The translations under genes were made by a program, and so were the position numbers. DNA of 38,058 nt from a virus (Duplodnaviria > Caudoviricetes), in the IMG/VR virus record IMGVR_UViG_3300003778_000101, positions 1 through 38,058 of that record. One strand, given 5' to 3'. Below, piece by piece: positions 8,634 to 17,076 of the stretch. The first letter of the stretch is position 1. Every line of letters begins with the position of its first letter. The notes below the pieces were generated by a model. That model was not told the origin of the DNA and did no database searches. It saw nothing but the letters and a program-made list of their open reading frames with translations.

Positions 8634-9824
8634 ATGCCCGCCGACATCGACAATGACGCCGACATCGACCGCACCGACCTGATCGAAGAGGATGAGGACG
8701 ATTCCGCAGTCCTTGAGGTCATCCGCAAGGCGCTGGAAGAGGGCGCCGACGATTCCGCCCCTGTCGGTCGCGCCTTCCCCGAACTGGACGAGGATGGCCG
8801 CGACGAGATGGTCACCCTTGAAAAGGGGTTGGAGCTGATCGACAAGGCCGCCGTTCCGGCGCAGCGCAAGCCGAAGGGCGATGACCCGGACGCGGAAGGC
8901 AAGAAACCGGGCGAAACCGGCGTTGACCCGAAGGCGGAGGATGACGCCGAAGCGGAGGCACAGCCCGCCGATGGTGCGGCACAATCCGACGCCGCCGACC
9001 CCTATGCCGAGCTTCTGGCCGGGATCGACGGTGACCGGCGCGAGACCCTTACGGGCCGCCTGCGGCAAGCCGACGACATGCTGTCGATCTTCGCCGGGCA
9101 TGAGGCCGAGATGCAGGCGCACGGCATCACGCCGGTTCAGCACATGCGCAGTCTGGCCCAGATCGACCAGTTCGCCCGCAAGAACCCCGAGAAGTATCTG
9201 GCATGGGCCGCGACCGAGATCGGCAAGGACAAGGCCGAAGACCTGATCACCAAGGCCGCCGAGCTGCTTGGTCTCAAGGTCACGCGCGACGATGATGGCG
9301 ACCCCTTCGAGGATGAGGGTGTCAAGAAACTGCGCGAAGAGAACCGCGCGCTCAAGGCGCAGAGCCGCAATCTGGGGTTCAGCCCGTTTGAGGCCGCACC
9401 GCCCACCGCCACGGACCTTGCGGCATGGGTCGAGGAGAAGGCGCCGGATGGTTCGCTCAAGCGCCCGCTGTTCCGCGACCTTGAAGCGGGTATTTCCCGC
9501 ATGGCGCAGGAGCATCGCACCAAGACCGGCAGGGCCGTCACCTTCGCCGATCTGGACGGGTTCTACACCGCCCTGACCGCGCGCCTCGGGGGGCAGCAAC
9601 AGCCGCCGTCCGCACAGACGCCTGCGCCGCAAGTGGTTCCCGCCGCACAGGCGCAACCCGCTGTGACAGGTGGGGTTCAGAAAGCGGCGGCACCGGGCAG
9701 CGTGGAACGCGCCAAGGCCGCCAGCAAGAATCTCGACGGATCGGGCCATGGAGCCAGTCGTCGCCCCGCGCTGTCTGCGGATGCTGATCTTGATGCCACG
9801 CTGCGCCATTTCATGGGCGGCTGA
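8634..9824 (+). CDS. capsid scaffolding protein (putative)
   Basis: Very acidic N-terminus, helical core and low-complexity tail, immediately before the capsid gene. GAGGAG SD. Confidence 0.75.
   Translation: MPADIDNDADIDRTDLIEEDEDDSAVLEVIRKALEEGADDSAPVGRAFPELDEDGRDEMVTLEKGLELIDKAAVPAQRKPKGDDPDAEGKKPGETGVDPKAEDDAEAEAQPADGAAQSDAADPYAELLAGIDGDRRETLTGRLRQADDMLSIFAGHEAEMQAHGITPVQHMRSLAQIDQFARKNPEKYLAWAATEIGKDKAEDLITKAAELLGLKVTRDDDGDPFEDEGVKKLREENRALKAQSRNLGFSPFEAAPPTATDLAAWVEEKAPDGSLKRPLFRDLEAGISRMAQEHRTKTGRAVTFADLDGFYTALTARLGGQQQPPSAQTPAPQVVPAAQAQPAVTGGVQKAAAPGSVERAKAASKNLDGSGHGASRRPALSADADLDATLRHFMGG
9640..9669 (+). promoter_or_regulatory. putative late promoter motif (capsid), inside the scaffold gene
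   Basis: CCGCCGCACA-N17-CAG, about 200 nt upstream of the capsid ATG. Confidence 0.5.
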
Positions 9825-9873
9825 AGCAGGGAAAGGCTCTGACGGTGCGCGGGACCGCTGATGAGGCAACATC

Positions 9874-10830
9874 ATGGCGAACCCGAACTGGGGTGAAGTG
9901 GTGACGGCGACCCTCGCGCACCGTCGCAAGAAGATGGCCGACGCCATCTCGAAGAACAACGTCCTCTACTACGAGATGCGCCGCCGTGGCCGTGACAAGA
10001 CGGTCCCCGGCGGTCGCACCATCACCGCGCCGATCATGGTCGGTGAGGAAAACGTGAACTTCCAGTGGTATGTGGGCCGTGAAGGGCTCAACATCGCGGG
10101 TCAGGAAGTCCTGACCTCGGCGGAGTTCCCGTGGAAGCAATACGCCTGCGGCGTGTCGATCAGCGGCCTTGAGATGCTGATGAACGACGGGCCGGAGCAA
10201 ATCCACAACATGATGAAGGCGCGGATCGCCCACGCCGAGAAGACCATCACCAACCAGCTTCACCGCTCCGCGCATGGTGACGGCACGGCCAACGGTGGCA
10301 AGGAGTTCGGCGGTCTCGCGCTGCTCGTCTCCGAAACCGCCGGCGCGACCGTTGCCGGGATCAACTCCGGCGTTGCGACCTGGTGGGACAACCAGCGCCG
10401 CGCAACCGGCGCCGCGCCCGACAAGGACACCATCTTCGGTGAAATGCTGGCCCTGTGGCTGGAAACCTCGCGCGGCGCCGACAAGGTGAACCTGATCGTG
10501 TCGGACAACACCTGGTATTCGGTGTTCGTCAACTCGTTGCAGGCCCAGCAACGGTTCATGGACCGCAAGCTGGCCGGGGCCGGGTTCGACAACGTGATGT
10601 TCCAGTCCACCCCCGTCACGCCGGACGGCGGCATGGGCGGCTATGCGCCCGAGGGAATGCGCTTCCTGAACCTCGATACCATCGAGATCAACATGCACGC
10701 CAAGCGCAACAACGTGGTTCTGGGCGGCCCGCGCCGCCCCCTGACCGAAGACAGCGACACTGTGATCATCGCCGGGATGGGCAACTGGACCATCGACAAC
10801 CGGATGCTCAACGGCGTGCTGACCGAGTGA
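9874..10830 (+). CDS. major capsid protein
   Basis: 318 aa, strongly biased codons, TTL...ADAISKNN-type start, AEFPWKQ, GDGT...GL and GINS...WW.NQ motifs, and canonical position. Confidence 0.9.
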   Translation: MANPNWGEVVTATLAHRRKKMADAISKNNVLYYEMRRRGRDKTVPGGRTITAPIMVGEENVNFQWYVGREGLNIAGQEVLTSAEFPWKQYACGVSISGLEMLMNDGPEQIHNMMKARIAHAEKTITNQLHRSAHGDGTANGGKEFGGLALLVSETAGATVAGINSGVATWWDNQRRATGAAPDKDTIFGEMLALWLETSRGADKVNLIVSDNTWYSVFVNSLQAQQRFMDRKLAGAGFDNVMFQSTPVTPDGGMGGYAPEGMRFLNLDTIEINMHAKRNNVVLGGPRRPLTEDSDTVIIAGMGNWTIDNRMLNGVLTE

Positions 10831-10836
10831 TCGGGT

Positions 10837-10861
10837 CGGGCCGGGTTCAACGCCCGGCCCG
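10837..10861 (+). terminator. stem-loop after the capsid gene, no U-tract
   Basis: CGGGCCGGG-TTCAACG-CCCGGCCCG. May be a stabiliser or partial terminator. Confidence 0.45.
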
Positions 10862-10897
10862 CTCTCCATCCTGAAACCGCCAAGGAGCAATCATCAG

Positions 10898-11755
10898 ATG
10901 TATCCCAACATGCAGCAGGCGCCGGGTAACCCCGCGATTTCCCGCAACCTGACCGACAGCGACCTGTCCAGCCATCTGGGGCCGGTGGCCGGGTCCGGTG
11001 GCCTTCATGTCCAGTTCTTCTATTCCAAGGTGCGGATCGCCTCGACCAATCCTGCCCTCAACGGCAAATGGTCCACCCGGCTTTGCGTGGCGAAGATTCC
11101 GCGCGGCGACCGCCTGACCATCGCCTGCCGCTACATTTCGGAAGACGAGGCGATGCGCCAGTTCCCGCGCGAGTTCGCCATGTTCAAGCAGTATGACGCG
11201 GTGCCCACCTCCGGCACGCCGCTGCATGACCTGCCCGGCATCTCGCAATCCCAGATCGCCTATCTGACGATCCACAACCTGCGCTCCATCGAAGACCTCC
11301 TCTCCATGCAGCCCGAGCAGATCAATGGCATGGGTATGGAAGTGGTGCAGGCCTATGCCGTGGCAAAGCGCTGGATGGCCGCCAAGACCGACGCTGGCGC
11401 CATGCTCAGCGCCGCGCAGACCGATGCAACCATGTCGGTCGAGAACCAAGCGATGCGCGAAAAGCTGGCAGCGATCGAGCGGCGCAATGCCGAACTGGAA
11501 GCGCAGCTCACGGTCCTCAACCGCCTTGCCCCCCAGCAGGGCGCGGCACAGCCCGCAGCCATGCTTACGGGCGATGTGGCCCCGTATCAGGTGCAGGCCG
11601 CGCGTGACGCCGACCCGGTTGATGATCTGCCCGACGCGATGTCGCGCGAAAGCAACCTGTTCAGCGGCGGCATGGTTGATGGCAATGATGATCTGATCGA
11701 CAGCCCGTCCCCGGAAAACCCGCTGGGCCTCAAGCCGCGCGCCAAGCGGGGCTGA
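10898..11755 (+). CDS. hypothetical protein with HhH-like segment and coiled coil
   Basis: AAGGAG SD; GTPLHDLPGISQSQIAYL..HNLRSIEDL. Confidence 0.8.
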   Translation: MYPNMQQAPGNPAISRNLTDSDLSSHLGPVAGSGGLHVQFFYSKVRIASTNPALNGKWSTRLCVAKIPRGDRLTIACRYISEDEAMRQFPREFAMFKQYDAVPTSGTPLHDLPGISQSQIAYLTIHNLRSIEDLLSMQPEQINGMGMEVVQAYAVAKRWMAAKTDAGAMLSAAQTDATMSVENQAMREKLAAIERRNAELEAQLTVLNRLAPQQGAAQPAAMLTGDVAPYQVQAARDADPVDDLPDAMSRESNLFSGGMVDGNDDLIDSPSPENPLGLKPRAKRG

Positions 11756-11760
11756 ACGGG

Positions 11761-12705
11761 ATGGCGCGGACCATCCTTGAGATCGCCGTAGAGGCAGCGG
11801 AGCGGGACGCCACGGCGCCCGCCCCAACAACCCTGTTCGGCACCAACAACCGCGTGTCGAAGATCCTGCGCACCGCCGCCTTCGACACCATGCGCGAGGT
11901 CATGGCCAAGACCGACTGGATCGGCCTGTCGGAACTGCATTCGACATGGGCCTTCTCGACCCGCCCGGGCCGCTACGCCTATCCGCTGCCGCCTGACTTC
12001 CTGCGCCTTGTTCCAAACACGGAACACCGCGGCGGCTGGCCCATGGGAATGGTGGGTCCGGCCTCGCCGCAGTCGTGGGCGCACTGGCTTTTCGGGGGCG
12101 CCGCAACCCCGGTCCAGATGGGTTGGCGGATCAGGAACAACGTGCTGTGGATCGAACCCACGCCGCAGGCCTATGAGCTGATCACCATCGACTATGTGTC
12201 GCGTTTCCCCGTGGTGTCCAACATCGCAGAGGGTGACTATGACTTCACCCAATCCCCGCCGTCCTGCTACGCGCCCTTCGTGCCGCGCGATGGTCACCTT
12301 GATCTGGCAACCCTTGATGTGGCCGATCTGGTGGAGGGCGAGGGCGAGTATGATGGGGCGCCCGGCTGGGACATCGCCATATTCGGGGAGGAAACCTTCG
12401 AGGCTCTGCGCCGCCTCAGCCCGGTTTCGGCCGCAGCGCCATTGCCGCAGGTGCGCCGGCCCACCTTTACCGCAGATACGGACCTGCCAGCCTTCGATGA
12501 TGATCACCTGCTTTCGCTTGGCATGACGTTCAGGCTGCGCCGAGCCATAGGCAAGGACTATGCGGAGGTCGCGGGAGAGTATGAAGAGCAGCTTGAGATG
12601 AAGCTGGGGTCGGATGCGGGCGGCGCCCGGACGCTGCGCCTCGGGGCTTGTGACGATGTGGCGCAAACCGTGCCGCTGGGCGGCGGTCGCTGGATGGTGT
12701 CGTAA
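11761..12705 (+). CDS. head-tail adaptor protein (putative)
   Basis: YPLPPDF motif, WRIRNNVLWIEPTP and position after the capsid gene. Confidence 0.7.
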   Translation: MARTILEIAVEAAERDATAPAPTTLFGTNNRVSKILRTAAFDTMREVMAKTDWIGLSELHSTWAFSTRPGRYAYPLPPDFLRLVPNTEHRGGWPMGMVGPASPQSWAHWLFGGAATPVQMGWRIRNNVLWIEPTPQAYELITIDYVSRFPVVSNIAEGDYDFTQSPPSCYAPFVPRDGHLDLATLDVADLVEGEGEYDGAPGWDIAIFGEETFEALRRLSPVSAAAPLPQVRRPTFTADTDLPAFDDDHLLSLGMTFRLRRAIGKDYAEVAGEYEEQLEMKLGSDAGGARTLRLGACDDVAQTVPLGGGRWMVS

Positions 12706-13397
12706 TGCCGCAAATCTCCCTGCCAAGCTACAGCCCGAGCCGCACCAAGACCCGCACCTATGACGTGAAGGCAGACCCCGCTACCGTCATTGCAGCGCTT
12801 CTGCAGCTTGTGGCTCCGACCGGCTCCCTTGTTCCGACCCTTTCCGAATCCGAGCCCGGCGATGGCTGGAAGCTCTGCAACGGTCAATCGCTCCTGAAGT
12901 TCGAATACCCCGACCTTTTCTCCGCTATCGGCGGGACGTGGGGCGAAACGGCAGATACCTTTGCCCTGCCTGACTTCCGTGGCAGGCTTCCGATTGGCGC
13001 CGGTGGCAGCGCCGGGCTCACGCTCAAGGCCGCCGGCGGCGCCCATCAGATTGTGCTGACCCAAGACCAGATGCCGCCCCATGCCCATGATCTGACCGAT
13101 CCGGGCCACACCCACAACTTCACCGGCGCGCCGCACACGCATGGTGTCACCGACCCGGGCCACACCCACACCGCGGCGGTTGTCGCCGCTGGCACCGCAA
13201 CCTCTGGCCCATCCGCTGACGGCGCCACGACGGGCAGCACGTCCAGCGAGATGACCGGCGTCACGGTCGATGCGGCGACGGCGGGCGGGACCAACGCGAC
13301 ATCTGCAACCGGAATCGTGGTGCAAAGCGCGGGCGCTGGATCGCCCGTCAGCATTCTGCCGCCCGTCATCGCGGTAAACTGGTTGGTGCGGACATGA
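12705..13397 (+). CDS. phage tail-collar domain protein
   Basis: GWKLCNG...YPDLFSAIG...TFALPDFRGR, LTQDQMPPHAH and repeated DPGHTH. Confidence 0.9.
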   Translation: MPQISLPSYSPSRTKTRTYDVKADPATVIAALLQLVAPTGSLVPTLSESEPGDGWKLCNGQSLLKFEYPDLFSAIGGTWGETADTFALPDFRGRLPIGAGGSAGLTLKAAGGAHQIVLTQDQMPPHAHDLTDPGHTHNFTGAPHTHGVTDPGHTHTAAVVAAGTATSGPSADGATTGSTSSEMTGVTVDAATAGGTNATSATGIVVQSAGAGSPVSILPPVIAVNWLVRT

Positions 13398-14845
13398 AGC
13401 GGCAAAAAGACAGGGCGCGGCGGCGGGCGACGGCAGGAAGCCGGTCATCGCGCGAAATCACCCTTCCGCTGCCGCTGCGCGGCCTGTTCGTGGAGGCAAA
13501 ATCGGCGCAGGTCTCGAACCTCTTTGCCGCAGAGCTGCACAATTGGCGGTCCAACGGGGTTTCGCTCGTTCCCCGGCCCGGTGTTGTGTGGCAGGGCGAG
13601 CCGAGCGGGGTGATCCAGCGCGTGCCCTATGAGTTCGGGCGCAACCCGCGCTGGATTGAGATCACGGCTTCTGGTGCGTCTTGTGGTGCGGCGGAGATCA
13701 CGCGCCTGTTCGGCGGCAACGCGATGGTGGCCGAGATCAGTTCCAACATCATCTTGGCGGATGGCTTCGGCGCGCCGGTCCGCTTCAATGGCACAGAGTT
13801 TCAGGAATCCACCTTCTCGACCGTGACGGGCGCAAACCCGGCGCGCTTCGATGGCGTGATCAGCCATCACGACCGGCTCTATTTCTGGCGCTCCGGCGAT
13901 GCGCTGGAGTTCTACTATGGCGATGTGGGCGCGGTGGGGGGCGGATTGGCGCGCTTCCCGCTCGACCGGCTGGGCAATATAACGGGCTCCATCGCGGCCA
14001 TGGTCAGTCTGACCGTGGACGCGGGGCACGGCATGAACGACATGCTGTGTATCGTCACGACCACGGGCCACCTCGTCCTCTATGAGGGCCTTGACCCGGG
14101 AGATGCCTCGGACTGGCGCCTGACGGGGCGCGTCAGGGCTGCGGCGCCTATCGGCCCGCTTGCCTTCGCGGAGGTTGGCTCCGACGCCTGGATGATGACG
14201 GCGCAGGGCGTGGTCTCCATCGGGGAGTCGATCCGCAGTTCGGTTCTGGCGCTGGTATCTGACATCACCGCCCCGATTTCGGATGAGATCACCGCTGCGG
14301 TTGACGAAGGAACGGGCGTGTGGCGCATGTTCACCTCGCCAGATGGCGCCATGGTCCTGATCAGCCGGGCGGTTGGCCTTGAGGCGCGCCAGTGGGTTTT
14401 TTACACCAAGAGCAAGTCGTGGGCCACGGCGGACCTTCCGGCCCGCGACTGGCACGCCTTCAACGGCAAGCCCTTCATCACCGGGTTTGATGGCCGTCTT
14501 GGCACCATTGCCAGCCGCGATTCCGGCGAGGTGATCACGTCTCGCTGGGTCAGCAGTTGGTTCGAGGCGCCGGGAGTTTCCGGCGTGGCCTATCTGGTCC
14601 CGACCATCCGCGCCCAAGGTCCGCTTACGGTCAGGGTCACGCTCCTGTCGGACACGCGCGACAGCGCCGCCGACATCGCAGAGGCAGAGCAAACCGTCAC
14701 CCTCGAACCCGAAGAGGATGATGGCGGAATCGTCACCCTCTCGGACGAGATCGTGACCGATGCCGAAGGCTCGCGGTTTCAAATCATCATCGAGGTCACA
14801 TCGGCATGGTCCGAACTCATCAGCCTGAAGGCCGCCGTCGTATAG
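13394..14845 (+). CDS. tail nozzle / DNA-stabilisation protein (P22 gp10-like, putative)
   Basis: 483 aa, beta-rich, LPLPLRGL start, positioned between adaptor and GNAT. Confidence 0.7.
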   Translation: MKRQKDRARRRATAGSRSSREITLPLPLRGLFVEAKSAQVSNLFAAELHNWRSNGVSLVPRPGVVWQGEPSGVIQRVPYEFGRNPRWIEITASGASCGAAEITRLFGGNAMVAEISSNIILADGFGAPVRFNGTEFQESTFSTVTGANPARFDGVISHHDRLYFWRSGDALEFYYGDVGAVGGGLARFPLDRLGNITGSIAAMVSLTVDAGHGMNDMLCIVTTTGHLVLYEGLDPGDASDWRLTGRVRAAAPIGPLAFAEVGSDAWMMTAQGVVSIGESIRSSVLALVSDITAPISDEITAAVDEGTGVWRMFTSPDGAMVLISRAVGLEARQWVFYTKSKSWATADLPARDWHAFNGKPFITGFDGRLGTIASRDSGEVITSRWVSSWFEAPGVSGVAYLVPTIRAQGPLTVRVTLLSDTRDSAADIAEAEQTVTLEPEEDDGGIVTLSDEIVTDAEGSRFQIIIEVTSAWSELISLKAAVV

Positions 14846-15303
14846 CCCGCCTTGGCGCCGTGGTTTTCGGCGCTGATGCAGAGGTGGCGAATTGGGTGGC
14901 GCGATCCATCCCCGGATATATCGCCAGCCCGGACGCCAAGGCTCTTGGCGTGGTCAAGGGCGGCAGGCTATTGGCCGGCGTGGTGTTCGAGCGATGGAAC
15001 GGGGTTCACGTCGAGGCGTCGATTGCGGCGCGGCCCAAGTCGCGCTGGGCCGACCGGCGCACCCTATTCGCACTGTTTCATTACCCATTTGTCACCTTGG
15101 GGTGCCGCGCGATCAGCGTGACGGTGCCGGGGTCAAACCTTCTCTCTCTCAACCTCTCCACGAAGCTGGGATTCGAGCCGAAGGCCATCATCCCGTTCGC
15201 CGCACGTGACGGCGGGCCGCTGATAGTCCTGCAGCAGTATAGCGAAACTTGCAGATGGATCGGTGATCATGGGAAAAGGCGGACGCGCACCGGAGGCCCC
15301 TGA
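14806..15303 (+). CDS. GNAT-family acetyltransferase-like virion assembly protein; start uncertain
   Basis: LFHYPFVTLGCRAISV...N..SL....KLGF..KA. The position before the ejection genes is typical of podoviruses. Confidence 0.75.
   Translation: MVRTHQPEGRRRIARLGAVVFGADAEVANWVARSIPGYIASPDAKALGVVKGGRLLAGVVFERWNGVHVEASIAARPKSRWADRRTLFALFHYPFVTLGCRAISVTVPGSNLLSLNLSTKLGFEPKAIIPFAARDGGPLIVLQQYSETCRWIGDHGKRRTRTGGP
15197..15226 (+). promoter_or_regulatory. putative late promoter motif (ejection genes)
   Basis: TCGCCGCACG-N17-TAG, upstream of ATG 15269. Confidence 0.6.
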
Positions 15304-16360
15304 CGCCTATGAAACCGCCTCCGCGGAGGCGCAGTTCAACCGGCTTGACACCTACTCCCCCTCGGGAAGCGGCACGCGCTACGGCTATACCGATGCGAAC
15401 GGAAACTTCGTGCAGGGCGTGGCGCCGCAAGGCTCGCAATCTGCGGTCCAGACCGTTGAGAGTCCGTGGGAGCGCGCCATCCGTGAGGCGCTGCAACCCG
15501 CTTCGACCAACCTTGTCAACCGGATGGTCTCGGACAACATCACCAATATGCCGGATGCGGCCCGGCCCCGGGACACCTCAGCGTTGGCGCAGCAGATTTT
15601 CGACGCGGGATATTCCCGCATGGCGCCGCAGTTCCAGCAGGAGAACAGCCGCCTCCTGACCAACCTTCAGGCGCGCGGAATCCCGGTTGGCGCGGAGGCG
15701 TTCAGCGAGGCAAGTGCGGCGCAGCAGCAGCAGGTCAATGATGCGATGCAGCAGCTCACGCTTGGCGCCCAAGAGCAGGCCGCCGGGGAGCAAAGCCGCC
15801 AGTTCGCACTGGACAGCGCGGCGCGGCAAAACTCGATTTCCGAAATCGTGGCGGCGATGGGTGGCAGCTACAACCCGCCCAATGCCAGCGCCAGCGGCAA
15901 TGCTGCGGGCGTGAACTATTCCGGCCTTGTGGGCCAGCAATACCAGAACGAGCTGGCGCAGTATAATGCCCAGCAGCAGCAGCGTGCCCAGACAGCAGGG
16001 ACGATTGGCAGCATCGGCGCCGGTCTTCTGATGAAATGCTCGCGCGACTTCAAGAATGTCGGGCCGGAAATCACCGAAGGCGCCGACGGCCCTGTCATTT
16101 CGATTGCCGACCTGTCGGATGCGGTGTGCCACATGCCGCTGCATGTCTGGGCCTACCGCCCGGATCACGCCCCGGCTGGCGATGGAGAGGTGACGCATAT
16201 CGGGCCGATGGCGGAGGATTTCCACCGCCTGACCGGAATTGGTGATGCCAAGACCATTTCCGTCATTGATGCCTTCGGGGTGGTGTTCGGGGCGTTGAAG
16301 GACGCTCTGACCCGAGTGGCTGTCCTTGAGCGCCGCATGGGCGGCGAGGCGGTGCATTGA
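15269..16360 (+). CDS. internal virion/ejection protein with C-terminal peptidase S74-like intramolecular chaperone
   Basis: MGKGG.APEAPD start and Gln/Ala-rich body, then CSRDFKNV...W.Y...HIGPMAEDF and a terminal coiled coil. Confidence 0.75.
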   Translation: MGKGGRAPEAPDAYETASAEAQFNRLDTYSPSGSGTRYGYTDANGNFVQGVAPQGSQSAVQTVESPWERAIREALQPASTNLVNRMVSDNITNMPDAARPRDTSALAQQIFDAGYSRMAPQFQQENSRLLTNLQARGIPVGAEAFSEASAAQQQQVNDAMQQLTLGAQEQAAGEQSRQFALDSAARQNSISEIVAAMGGSYNPPNASASGNAAGVNYSGLVGQQYQNELAQYNAQQQQRAQTAGTIGSIGAGLLMKCSRDFKNVGPEITEGADGPVISIADLSDAVCHMPLHVWAYRPDHAPAGDGEVTHIGPMAEDFHRLTGIGDAKTISVIDAFGVVFGALKDALTRVAVLERRMGGEAVH

Positions 16361-17076
16361 TGGCAAAGTTCGGGTTCGGTGCGGGGCAAGGTGCTTCGAC
16401 GGGGGCGACAACGGGGCAGGGTGCCGGGGGCTTCTTCGGCGCGCCCGGGTCGCAGCAGCGGTATGACATGACCATGCAGATGGTCCAGAACGCGATGGCG
16501 CAGTCGCAGGGCACCAACAGCCCCCTTCTTGCCCTTCTTGCTCCCATGGCTGGGGCCGCTATCGGCGCGCGGGCCACCAAGCAGTATGAGGATGCCAGGG
16601 CAGCGGAGGCGACGAGCCAGACCGAGGCATTGCTTGGCCCCGTCGCTTCGTCACCCAAGGGCCGGGCCGCGCTGGACGTGCTGAATGACCCGGACGCCCC
16701 GGATTACCTCAAGAGTATCGCCGCCTCGATGATGAAGGATGTTCCGGTCGGCGGCGGTTCCGCACCAAGCGGGCGCAGCGGTTCGCGCCGCTCCACGCCG
16801 TCGGCTGCGAAGACCCGCATCTACGGCGAATACGAGGTGGACGGGATGCTCTATGGCCGTGACGCCTATGGCAAGATGGTGCCCTACTTGGACGCAAACG
16901 GGAATCCTATTCCGGCCAAGGGAAAGAAGGCCGCTGCGCCAGCGCCAGCCGCCCCGCCTCTGCCGCAAGACCCGGTTCTGCCCAGCGACCCCGCTGCGCC
17001 CGCCTCCCTTCCGACACCGGGCAGCAACGGGCTGACCGATGATGAACTTCTGCTCAAGTATCTCGGGGCAAGATAA
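16357..17076 (+). CDS. internal virion/ejection protein (putative)
   Basis: Gly/Ala/Gln-rich and coupled to both neighbours. Confidence 0.7.
   Translation: MMAKFGFGAGQGASTGATTGQGAGGFFGAPGSQQRYDMTMQMVQNAMAQSQGTNSPLLALLAPMAGAAIGARATKQYEDARAAEATSQTEALLGPVASSPKGRAALDVLNDPDAPDYLKSIAASMMKDVPVGGGSAPSGRSGSRRSTPSAAKTRIYGEYEVDGMLYGRDAYGKMVPYLDANGNPIPAKGKKAAAPAPAAPPLPQDPVLPSDPAAPASLPTPGSNGLTDDELLLKYLGAR

Noticed and set aside
13128..13157. GCGCCGCACA resembling the promoter box
   Set aside because: It has a purine at position 1, CCG rather than YA(G/T) at +17, and a mid-gene position explained by the APHTH codons.
13075..13170. Repeated GACCGATCCGGGCCACACCCACA-like units
   Set aside because: They encode the usual DPGHTH repeats of collar-type fibres; not a CRISPR array or DGR repeat.
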